Shown in pieces: positions 22,601 through 31,646 of a stretch of DNA of 43,626 bases. Position 1 is the first letter of the stretch, and each line of letters starts with the position of its first letter. The notes beneath the pieces are model-generated. The model was not told where the DNA came from. It was given only the letters and a program-made list of their open reading frames with translations, and did no database searches. The position numbers and the translations under genes were made by a program. Origin of the DNA: Trichomonas gallinae (taxonomy: Eukaryota); NCBI GenBank assembly GCA_008369845.1, contig MRSU01002042.1:1-43626 (forward strand). Direction: 5' to 3'.

Positions 22601-22949
22601 TAGAAAGTGTGTTAAAAACTCTAAACTTAATGACGAGTGTGTCACCCATGAGGCTGCCGTACTCTGTGTAGAAGGAGAAGTCAAGACCATCAACAGATAA
22701 AGGAGCACCGTTAATAACTTGGTTATAGTAATTCAATAAGTGGATTTCGCCTGGTTGATCTTGATCATTGTAAACGCGGACGCCAACATAGTAGCCTTGG
22801 CCGCTCTGACTTGTTGCGTATTTTTTAGTTCCAGAATTATACTTAATTTCGTAAAGAGTTCTGCCTGTCTCTGATGCATCAACTGGTGCCGCTATCTCCA
22901 TTCTAGGAGAACCAGCACAAAGGCTGAGAGAATTAAGCAATAAGAACAT
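19677..22949 (-). CDS. Large secreted/surface protein with Ig/cadherin-like repeats (Bap-like), copy 2
   Basis: Collinear paralog of 13819-17070. Shared TLYEIKY, GYYVGVRVY, KKFDLG, FAFSW, ATDPNVSQ, LGNITV, YTVFTRDFG and KVYARDTSLS. Signal MFLLLNSLSLCA. Confidence 0.7.
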   Translation of the reverse strand: MFLLLNSLSLCAGSPRMEIAAPVDASETGRTLYEIKYNSGTKKYATSQSGQGYYVGVRVYNDQDQPGEIHLLNYYNQVINGAPLSVDGLDFSFYTEYGSLMGDTLVIKFRVFNTLSTRPKKFDLGIFCDAMLNQDDDASISFTSDRRGIFISTNKQVTFNYTNLLKGHYFPDVSTVFIGENKDTYNKNDPSTLPFWTETDLIGPITGKNSVFAFSWRKVEVQPWAELFVGYLARAGESVPLPPFIKLNYEKKEQYPKNTDIPIGIAITDKDLGDQITYKIGLNGTVETQTIQAEYAAFRQVINLKDSLRYDFWIQAVDRDGHHSENLSITFMAEGANIPNFTVNKDKLKPVYNPGEKIEIIGTTDDENAVTIKYRFNNGFIFTGIKVDTRDDGVQYFHDDIALGGKSLELGQDYTLYIWAVDTLGQTSEVIEHKFFYNNPPQPTIISAHFSRQRAMVNQTIIIFGLATDPNVSQTIKVFASVNDNKTEIGEIPATNTEVPFAFYYTIPDVDTGYFNISVSAEDSENMASTVSYNREILVYDPTQPDPPERLGNITVIPVTKNTNACFNLQYKSTAGENYQMSFNDEGFYAGYRLSNERTPGKTKLIKQGDSGEAEPDMNNVTAVFDHSYDPVTGYLILQFNVTNKNYFGQKVDLGLFVDSKFAGNDDSPIRVRSDERGFTVTDINPDVSTPKVKYTVFTRDFGDMIPVDSYNFLPVERTNTNEIPVDKIPFFEDYAAPPSDGNSMYAFAWRSKEIPANETVVFKVYMTPSDNVRTPSTLTDLTVLPDGKNYLVPGDKQTISIQVTDFDVGETIQLVYKINDQQEFVKNVTITANQKSHFVEHEITIPFKKYLTYKVYARDTSLSYVSNTIERTIPLSDPPRLYPDGIYPSRVLTPGIIKLKGTIDGEVGDTTIIKYQIGNGMIETAKTIVHSTEDDTWSVPYDVDIEISKFVKPGHYTFKFWATDSYGSKESEIKSFEFDYVEAHPPRLLRAGLASQTAKAGEKLVAYVLVDDPDANEQMKIQVMEGKNVKFDDNKFIFAQNKKQDQALKPYAFYYYVPRLSPGVYEINFRVVDTDGLPSNVISRTLIIT

Positions 22950-23009
22950 ATAAAAAATTTATGACTTCATATAGTTCTCAAAAAAGACTCAATTGTCAAA
23001 TTTTGATTG

Positions 23010-23125
23010 AATTTTTTTGTGTTTTCTTTCAAAAATATTTTTTTTTAAATTAAAATATATTTCTAGTTATTGTCAGAAAATAATAATAGCAATCAATTTT
23101 TTTGTGATTTCTTTCAAAAATATTT
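23010..23125. repeat. 31 bp direct repeat, 85 bp period
   Basis: AATTTTTTTGTG(T/A)TTTCTTTCAAAAATATTT at 23010-23040 and 23095-23125. Confidence 0.7.
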
Positions 23126-24391
23126 AAAAGTAAAATAATAACATAGTAATTATATCCATTGCCAAAAAACAATAAACAATTGCGATCAATCATTATTGTT
23201 TACTTTTTTTGCTGATTTGATCAAATGATATTAATTTTAGAATACTTATAAAGATCAATGTTTAATTTTATTAGTTTTATTCGATGATGGGCGACTTTAA
23301 TTTTTTTATGGTTATTATTGGTTTATTTATGAATATTATATGCAATGAAGCATGGCCATTGATCTATTGAAAAGTTAGATCTCCCATTTGAGAAGTTTAC
23401 ATATTCCTTGTAATATTTTTATCCATTAAAATATTGTTGTATATTGATTATAAAATTATTATATATTATATATAAAATGATGGCTGATCGGTTTTCAATC
23501 AACTTTATTTTGATTCGTTGCAAAGCATAATCTGTATTAATCGATGCTTCATTTGATTTCTTTTCAAATTGAATTTGATTTGAGGCTTCATAAATTTTTA
23601 TTTATAAAATGGTTATAATGCAGTGATTTAAAGCCCATAAATTCAATTTACCGCTTTTTTTAATATGATGATGTAAACTTAACAAAATTGATCAATCATT
23701 TTTCACTAAAAAATTCATTATATTAATAGTAGTTATCAAAAATAATATTTGTGAAGTTATTTATTTCATGGTTGGAATAAGAGTGCAATGATCCAGCGAT
23801 GCTCTTGCACTGTTTGAGAATGGGAGCTGACACAGTGATTCATCTCGAAATGAGATCAACCATATCATCCTTAACAAATGTAATGAATCAATGAGTTTAT
23901 TACACGTGTTGAGTATGAGAGCTGACAAGAATATTCGACAAAAGCTCAAAACTTTTGTTTCGATTTGACTCCGATTTTACAAAATCCAAAAAAAAAAAAA
24001 ATTAGGGGGTGTCAAAAATCAATCAACGCAAACTTGAGACTTTTTCTAGAAAGCATACTTCTACTTTATCCAGGAGAATAATTTCAGCGGATATCGGATT
24101 ATTTTACTGTGTTGAATCCAATATAGCTGTGTATTTCATCAAAACAGCTTATATTCTGCAAAATTATTATAGATTCAATTCACTTTTTGTTGATATCAAT
24201 GAATTCTGGAACGATATTGTATATATAGCTCAAAATAATCTTAGATATATGTAATGTGGGTGATGTGGCAAGCAGATTCTATCAGAAACGAAAGAGAAAA
24301 AATTTTAGACAAATTAATTTGACATGTAAGTAAATAAATAAACTTTATTTCTCTATTTTCCAGATTATTTATCATATATAGATCTATATAT

Positions 24392-24457
24392 TTTTTTGAC
24401 GACAAAAATATGTCAATCAATTGTTTACAATATTTTTTGACGACAAAAATATGTCAA
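24392..24457 (+). repeat. Perfect 25 bp direct repeat just upstream of the longin gene
   Basis: TTTTTTGACGACAAAAATATGTCAA at 24392-24416 and 24433-24457. Confidence 0.85.
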
Positions 24458-24472
24458 AATTTTTAATATTAC

Positions 24473-25093
24473 ATGAAACTCTGTTATGGTGCTGTTTTCA
24501 GGGGCACAACACCTCTCGTAGTTTACTCACCAGAGCCGGGTAATTTTGAAAAGATCTTTATTGATCAATATCATAAATCTCATTACGAACTGGGAAAAAC
24601 ATTTTTAAAAGTCGATAATTGTCTTTGGGTTATATCTCACGACGAGCAAGATTTGAATATTTTACTAGTTCTACAAGATACAAATGACAAAGAAACAGCT
24701 GAGCAATTCACAAATGAAATAAAAAGCCGTTTTATTAGAGCACATGGCCGGGACTGGCAGACTGCACAAGTACATGAGCTATTTCCTCAGTTCGAACCGC
24801 AATTTCGGATTCTTCGACAGATGATCGAATCTTCAACAACAGATAAAGCGCGCCAGGGAGAAGTATTCCCACCAATAGCTTCAGATTCAATACTTTCCGA
24901 CTACAGATACACTTTTAATCGTGAAACTCAATTATTATACAAAAAAGCGCAAAGGAAAGCATGTTATCTTAAGGCCTTCGCTTTATTTATTATATTCTTT
25001 ACTATTATTTATTTGGTTTTAGTTTGCATCTGCAAAGATTTTAGAGTATCTCCTTCCTGCTTTGTTTCTGACGACAAAAAAGTAAAGGGATAG
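24473..25093 (+). CDS. Longin-domain, tail-anchored protein (VAMP7-like, no recognisable SNARE motif)
   Basis: N-terminal LCYGAVFRGTTPLV...GNF...AEQFTNEIKSRF...WQTA...FEPQ resembles the VAMP7 longin domain. C-terminal TM is followed by a VAMP7-like Cys tail (LVCICKDFRVSPSC). Confidence 0.7.
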   Translation: MKLCYGAVFRGTTPLVVYSPEPGNFEKIFIDQYHKSHYELGKTFLKVDNCLWVISHDEQDLNILLVLQDTNDKETAEQFTNEIKSRFIRAHGRDWQTAQVHELFPQFEPQFRILRQMIESSTTDKARQGEVFPPIASDSILSDYRYTFNRETQLLYKKAQRKACYLKAFALFIIFFTIIYLVLVCICKDFRVSPSCFVSDDKKVKG

Positions 25094-25181
25094 ATTATCT
25101 AGTTAATTTCGTTTTGTAGTATAATAATATTAAATCTTGAAATCAAATTCATGACAATTTTTTATATAAAAAACAACAAAA

Positions 25182-26459
25182 TTATTGATGAGTTGGGTGT
25201 ATTGCAAGGAACCTCACCTTATTCTTATCAGCGACTGGCTTTGGATAAATAATTGTCTGCGCTGCCTGATGTGCAGTTGTAACGCGCTGCTTTGGACCGA
25301 AAACATTCAAAGATCTCTGCTGTACTGCCCTGAAAATTGGCGTTAATGGGTTTCCTACTTCGCCTGGAAAAACTTTTTCCCATCCATTTCCTGGACTAAC
25401 GTCGCCTTCGAGAGGACTTCCATCTGTTGTAACAATCTTGAGGGCATCGCATATTAGATCGTGTTTAAGGCCTTTTTCGCATGGAAAAGTGACTTTTAGC
25501 GATGGTCGATCGTTGAGTTCTAAAACAATCGGATTGGCAGTATCATCAAGCAAAATATCAATACCACATATATGGAAATACTTTTTCAGCGATGAAATCT
25601 GAGCTGTTGGAGATTTAGGATCTTTCTTTGCTGCTGGAATTTGGCTAACGATTTGCGGGTATAAGCTGAGCATTGTTAAAAGTGCAACACGCTTGATTTT
25701 CTCCCAAACATCGCCAGCTTTTGAATCTGCAGCTCTAACATCATTTAACACTGAACTTAACAGGCGTGTGAACTCATTAGTCGCTGCTGTATTCTCTACA
25801 TTGATAGCTGTATTCGTAATGTGCTCGAATTTATCGTTAATATTATCTTTTGTCGGTGGATGATATTTTTTGGTACAAAATCTTGCAAGACCTTCTTTAT
25901 AAACGTACATTGTAAATGGGTCGAGTGTGGAAATCAATATATAAACGCGAAAATCGAATTTGTATCCATCTAACAAAAATGGAGAAATATATCTCTGAAT
26001 GATTGCAGGAGAATTATCGTTCGCAATTGAATACGGGTTTTGAACGAGTTTGATGCCATTTCCACAGCATCCAGCCCTTGGTTTCCATATCCAAGTTAAT
26101 CCGCGACCGAATTTACCTGTTAAATGCGTGTGTTCTTTCTGAAAATCTGAAAACTGATGTGGTAGTAAGAATGTCTCTGGGAAGAAATTATAATATTGAG
26201 GGAATAAAGTTTGCATCTGATTTAACGCTTGGAAAAGTGTTGATTTATAACATAACACATCCATTTGTGGGATTTTATTGATCCTCTGATTAGGTTTCAA
26301 CGTGCAAAACTCTTCAGGAGGAATATATCCATCCCACCAAATTAACGGAGCTGCGGCGTTTCCAGGAGAAACTTCATACCCCATATCGCCAAGAGCATCA
26401 ACGATGACGTGGCACTTAAGTCTTCTCACGTCAACAATCGTGCCCTTCTCGTACATCAT
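25182..26459 (-). CDS. Tubulin-tyrosine ligase-like protein, probable polyglutamylase
   Basis: FFPETFLLP, WIWKPRAGCCGNGI, IIQRYI, KFDFRVY, EGLARFCT, HITNTAIN, GIDILLD and LELNDRPSL. First ATG is at 26459. Confidence 0.9.
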   Translation of the reverse strand: MMYEKGTIVDVRRLKCHVIVDALGDMGYEVSPGNAAAPLIWWDGYIPPEEFCTLKPNQRINKIPQMDVLCYKSTLFQALNQMQTLFPQYYNFFPETFLLPHQFSDFQKEHTHLTGKFGRGLTWIWKPRAGCCGNGIKLVQNPYSIANDNSPAIIQRYISPFLLDGYKFDFRVYILISTLDPFTMYVYKEGLARFCTKKYHPPTKDNINDKFEHITNTAINVENTAATNEFTRLLSSVLNDVRAADSKAGDVWEKIKRVALLTMLSLYPQIVSQIPAAKKDPKSPTAQISSLKKYFHICGIDILLDDTANPIVLELNDRPSLKVTFPCEKGLKHDLICDALKIVTTDGSPLEGDVSPGNGWEKVFPGEVGNPLTPIFRAVQQRSLNVFGPKQRVTTAHQAAQTIIYPKPVADKNKVRFLAIHPTHQ

Positions 26460-27090
26460 TTTTTTATAATCAGAATGAAGAAAAAAAAAAATTCGCACGT
26501 TATGAAAAAAAATTGACGATGGAATGGAAAAATGTAGATTTTTCCAGTGGATGAATATTTCGTGTGTTTGTAGTTAATAGAGCTGTTTTCTGAAATAGAT
26601 GGATATATTATCGCTTAAATAACGAATATCAAATACAACATTATAAATTGCTTTACAAGTCTCACAATATATTGTTAAACAACTGAGCTATTATATGGAA
26701 TCAAAGATATAAGATTGTAATATAAAATATAAAATTTGATGGTTGAAATAGGGATTTAAAACAAAAGGAATTAGATTTTATGTCATCAAGGCACAATTAT
26801 ATGATAATAACAACATAAAACTCTTCAAAAGTGATAATTCTTCTATGCGATTTGTAATAAATACGTATGGAATCTTTTGCTCATGTTAAGCAAGTTATTA
26901 TAAACAATTAATATAAATTATGCAAAATAGCAACCATGAGAATCTATTTTCAGCTTGAAATAAAATATAATGCTTGTCAGCTTGAAATAGAAAATGATTG
27001 TCTGAAGCTTCTGACTCATACACAAATATATATGGTTCTGTGATTGTATTGATCGAAAATCATAAGTTGCAGATAATATTATTATTTTAT

Positions 27091-27184
27091 TGTCATGTAA
27101 AAATAAATCTGACGATGTAAAAATTATTTTTGTCATGTAAAAATAATTTAGACAATGTAAATTGATCATTTTTGTCATGTAAAA
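27091..27184 (+). repeat. Array of five ~20 bp-phased TGTCATGTAAAA-type units
   Basis: Units start at 27091, 27110 (variant), 27131, 27150 (variant) and 27173. Confidence 0.85.
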
Positions 27185-27328
27185 TCGGTATTGAAAATAA
27201 GGTTGATGAATTTTCTTTTAGGAATTGGATTGAGATGTTATAAAAAAGCAGAAGCAATAAAAATAACAAAATCATTTTTTGATAATTGTGGTTGGCACTT
27301 TTTTATCCAGTACGACACTTTTATTTAT

Positions 27329-28255
27329 ATGTCTACTGAAAAAATTTCAAAATATTTAGTTAACGCAGGATATTTAAAATCATGCGTTTTCTCATTATTT
27401 TACGAATGCGATTTACCTATAAGAATTGCAGTGTTCGTTATCGTGCTAATTTTATTAATTCCATATTATTACATATTAGTAAGTTTAGTTAGAAGATCGA
27501 TTTTAGCTAAATGGAAACCAGTTCCTGGACTATTTTATTTATTTACAATTGCAATGGCAATTACGATGAATTTAATATTTAATTATACATACAATTACAT
27601 TTATCATGGAGATGATATTACATTATTAACAAGATTGTTTACATTACCTAATGATTTAGTTCTAATGTCAAAAGCATTTTATTTTGGAAATATTGCAAAT
27701 GTATTAATAGCTTTTCGAGTTCCTGGTGCTTATATTATCCTTTATTTCGCAAAGTTAGTTATATATACGATCCTTGCTCTTTTCCTTTTTAGATTAGGAT
27801 TCCTTTATATTGAAAAAATGCCGAAAATTGTTTTATTTATGTATGCAGACTGGTATTTTGCTGGTTCCTATTATATAGAACTCATAATTGATATTCTTAG
27901 CTTCATAATTCTATCAGCTGGTTTCATTTTCTCAAGCGTTGCATCATTCGTTCCGCAGAAAAGCAGAAAACCTATGAAAATCGCGCTTTTCTTCTTTCCT
28001 TTGACTTTCTTCGTGTACATCATAATCAAGGCTATATTCATATCAATACCATTCAATGCAATCAAGTCTCATGATATTAAAAAATACATTAATTTGTCTT
28101 CGATTGTCACAATTATTCGATTCTTTGGAACTGATTATGTTATCCTTACAATAGTTGCCCTTCTTGCTGCTATAGAATATGCCGATGATTCCCAAGGCGA
28201 ACAACAGCCAGATGAAGTTTTTGAAACTACATTTATGAGCTTGAATGATTTTTAA
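27329..28255 (+). CDS. Seven-transmembrane protein of unknown function
   Basis: Seven hydrophobic segments by eye and an acidic C-tail. The ATG at 27329 follows ACACTTTT; the ORF-track 5' extension is probably untranslated. Confidence 0.65.
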   Translation: MSTEKISKYLVNAGYLKSCVFSLFYECDLPIRIAVFVIVLILLIPYYYILVSLVRRSILAKWKPVPGLFYLFTIAMAITMNLIFNYTYNYIYHGDDITLLTRLFTLPNDLVLMSKAFYFGNIANVLIAFRVPGAYIILYFAKLVIYTILALFLFRLGFLYIEKMPKIVLFMYADWYFAGSYYIELIIDILSFIILSAGFIFSSVASFVPQKSRKPMKIALFFFPLTFFVYIIIKAIFISIPFNAIKSHDIKKYINLSSIVTIIRFFGTDYVILTIVALLAAIEYADDSQGEQQPDEVFETTFMSLNDF

Positions 28256-29261
28256 GACTTATAACTTTTTTGTCCATCCTGTATAATTTAGATTAGAAAA
28301 AAGAGGTTTTACACCTCTTTATTTCATTGACAATTGTATAGGTATATTCATATAGATAAAAGTATGTGTTATTAAACAGAAACTTGAGTTCCTTTCGTCG
28401 CTTCATAATAAATTTGAAAATTTCCAAAAAGTCCTGCACATCAGTTAATCGAACAGCTTCCTGCTTGTTGTTGCTGCAATCGTTTCTAATGAAGTCATCG
28501 GATGCTTTCAATTATATAAAAAAATTGGATTTCAACACACCAACCTTAATGATTCCAATTTGAAAATGAATTGTTAGATAACATCTGAAGTTAACAATTC
28601 TATTTGGAGGTTGTTTTCATGTGTTCTAATTTGAGTAGTGAGAAACAATTTCAATATTGCATATCAATGAATTTGAAAATGAAGATGATTTGTTGAATTT
28701 ATAAAGATTTTTGACACGTAAAACGAAATATTTTTTGTAAAGTATTTTATGTGTCAAATAAATTTCACTCTTCCAATGCCCATAATGATATTACAAATGA
28801 ATTGATTGAGATCAATGCCTTGATCCTGCTGATGCAGGATCCTGTTTTGAATTCAGTTCCATCACCAAAAAGATGGGTAAACCAAATTTCTGACATTTGT
28901 CAAAATTTCTTTTTTATTAAATGAGAATGCTTCCATTCAAACTCCATGAATCTCTAAAAACTTTTGTGAAATTTTCTAGAATGTGGCCATATTGGTCCTA
29001 CTGTATCTACAACTTAAATTTGGAATGAATATGCCGGGAAATTCAGGTGTTTGAACCTTCAATAAAAAAATGGTAAAAAATTATTATAAATAAACGTGAC
29101 AATAATTATCTTGTCACTTTTTATATCTAAATAATCACTTTTTCGAAAAAATAATAATAATATTAGAATCTGTATATATCAAAAGTCTATAATTGCACTA
29201 AAAAACGAATAAATGGGTTAAAAATGTTGAGGCAATATTATTAATAAACGGTTGCTTAGAA

Positions 29262-30323
29262 ATGGCGTTCCCGATTCCGCATTTCGAGGAACCGGAGGAG
29301 CCACATACTCCTCCTCCCAAGGGCGGCAGCAAAAATGGGGACTTGCCATTCTGCTTGAATCCGATACACGTTTATTCCGTTCCAACTCACAATAATTTAT
29401 TCTATGATCCTTCAAAGCCATTATATTCGACACCGAACGAGTCCTGCATGATCTATGTGGCCCAGAGTGCTGCAAAATCACGCCTTTATGCCCTCAAATC
29501 GTCTAAATTCGTCAAAAGAATTCGTCATGAAGCAGAAATGTATAAAAACATTGGACACCATTATTCCATCATGAAATACTATGACACCTGGGTCCAAAAT
29601 GGGAAGGGATTTATACAGCTTGAGCTGGCAACGAATGGGTCGCTCAAACATGAATATAAAGAATTATCAACAAAACAAATCTGGCAAATTATCGCACATA
29701 TCTCAGCTGCTTTATCCTATGTGCACTCCAAAGGATATATGCACCTGGACGTTTCACCTTCTAATATTTTACATACAGAATCGTCAAAATTTGGAACAAT
29801 TTATAAATTATCGGACTTTGGGACAATAAGAGCGCTTGGAACTTTTCAAGAAGATGATGAAGGAGCAGGTCCATACGTTTCGCCTGAGGCTTTGTCATTC
29901 CCTCACACAGAATACGAAGTTGGTCCAAAAACAGATATTTTTAGCTTCGGAGTTGTCTTGTATGAGCTCTTGACAAAGAAGTTAGCACCACGTGAATATC
30001 CTGAATACGAAAACTTAAGAAATGGAACTTTTAAATTTGCCAAATTACCATCCGAGTTCAGTTTCGTCACGAAAATGCTAAATGTTAATCCTGATATACG
30101 CCCATCAGCTGAATGGATACTTTCCCTTGATAAATGTAAAGATGAAATCAATAAACTCAATTCTCTACAAGATGTAAGCCCTATCATTAAATCCAAGCGC
30201 GACATTGCAACTCCAAAGATCATTAATGCTAAAGTTCCTCCTGAAACTCCATACTCCAAGAAATATTCCGGTCGAAAAATCAATTTTGACGATGAAGACT
30301 TTTCCAAAGAGATTGACCTCTAA
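29262..30323 (+). CDS. Wee1/Myt1-like protein kinase
   Basis: YALK, YYDTWVQNGKGFIQLEL, HLDVSPSNI, YKLSDFG, EDDEGAGPYVSPE and TDIFSFG. HLD, EG-x-x-x-Y and DIFS are typical of the Wee family. Confidence 0.75.
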   Translation: MAFPIPHFEEPEEPHTPPPKGGSKNGDLPFCLNPIHVYSVPTHNNLFYDPSKPLYSTPNESCMIYVAQSAAKSRLYALKSSKFVKRIRHEAEMYKNIGHHYSIMKYYDTWVQNGKGFIQLELATNGSLKHEYKELSTKQIWQIIAHISAALSYVHSKGYMHLDVSPSNILHTESSKFGTIYKLSDFGTIRALGTFQEDDEGAGPYVSPEALSFPHTEYEVGPKTDIFSFGVVLYELLTKKLAPREYPEYENLRNGTFKFAKLPSEFSFVTKMLNVNPDIRPSAEWILSLDKCKDEINKLNSLQDVSPIIKSKRDIATPKIINAKVPPETPYSKKYSGRKINFDDEDFSKEIDL

Positions 30324-30622
30324 CCATCATCTTTCTGTGCGCTAATTCAATTTATATATATATATTTTTATTGTTTGTATGTTTATTTGTAAAATTTATT
30401 AAAATTATATACTGCACCACAAAGTCTCTTGCTTCTTATATATATGACCACATGTCAATCCAAGCTTATTTTCAAGATATAGAATTTCAAAATAATTTAA
30501 ATTGAAATTTGGGCCTTGTAACAAAATTATAGTGTTTGTTGAGTTATGTGTTGTTGATTTTTGGATACTAAGGTTAATTCATTTTTAATTTTTTTATTTG
30601 AGACATTTTTCTATGGGAATGA

Positions 30623-31213
30623 GTGCCTTATTTTTCGATAAATGACAACGAAGGAGTTCCAGTTACATCATCCTTCTGGTCCCCAGAGAAAGCTTTCACT
30701 TCTATCGAATCATATAATTTTGGAAAATTTTGTTATGAGGTTGAATGGATAGAAGGAACACATCCATTAGTTGGATTCAGAAATGACTTGAATTACACGC
30801 ATGTATACAGACTTCCACCTAATAATTTTGTAAGATTTCAACATCATGAACTTCCAATACATATTCAGAACTCCTATGATGATGTTTTGCAGAAGAACAA
30901 AAGATATATGGTGTGCTTGAGTATTCCAGACAAAACTTTCTTATTTTTCTTGGATGAATCTAAAAAATTATCAATTAAGTTTGATTTGACTCCTAAATCA
31001 AACTGGAGTGCTGTATTAGCTTCTGGAACACGATATGATACTGCAACTCTAAAAGGCTACTTTCATTATAAAAATTTTCAATTCAAGCTTCCTTATGGCT
31101 ACGCTGACTTTGCATTAACTTATTGTGAAGCAACAGATGATTATTATGAAAAATCATTTGGTTTTATATTTGAAATTTTAATTCCTTTTGTATATGATAC
31201 TTTGGACTCTTAA
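30623..31213 (+). pseudogene. SPRY/B30.2-like domain gene with disrupted 5' end
   Basis: GKFCYEVEW, PLVGF, YMVCLSI and FKLPYGY are SPRY-like, followed by a hydrophobic tail. An in-frame TGA lies at 30620 and the first in-frame ATG is only at 30908. Confidence 0.5.
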
Positions 31214-31646
31214 CAAACATATAATGTGGTGAAATTGTTACATATTAACAACATATATAGATTCTATTATAAAATATAAAACTTATAAAATAATTTATTC
31301 AATAAATAATGATATTATCTTTTTGAAACGATAATTCACCTAATAAACATTATAATGTTATAAAATGAAATGCGCAAGCGGAAGGATAGAAAATTTCGCT
31401 AATATAATATGTTTTATATCTTGAAACGCACACAACATAATCTTTTGTTGATAAATATATTAATTTTATATATATGTTGTCTCAATTTGACTTTATCAAA
31501 TCAAGTTAGAAGTAAATTTCAAAATTGTAAGCTTAAATTTGGATAATAGCTTATTTATAACAATAAGATGCTATATCTTCATTGAAAGTACAATTTAAAA
31601 TTTTTGACAAATAAAATATTTACTTGACATTTTGAAAAGTGACAAA

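Noticed and set aside
24002..24009. TTAGGGGG as an interstitial telomere
   Set aside because: Single imperfect unit.
27091..27184. CRISPR-like appearance of the phased repeats
   Set aside because: Units are ~12 nt with ~8 nt AT-rich linkers, there are no unique spacers or cas genes, and the context is eukaryotic.
28975..29012. Minus-strand DTVGPIW resembling a macrodomain motif
   Set aside because: Seven residues flanked by stops, with no other macrodomain motifs.
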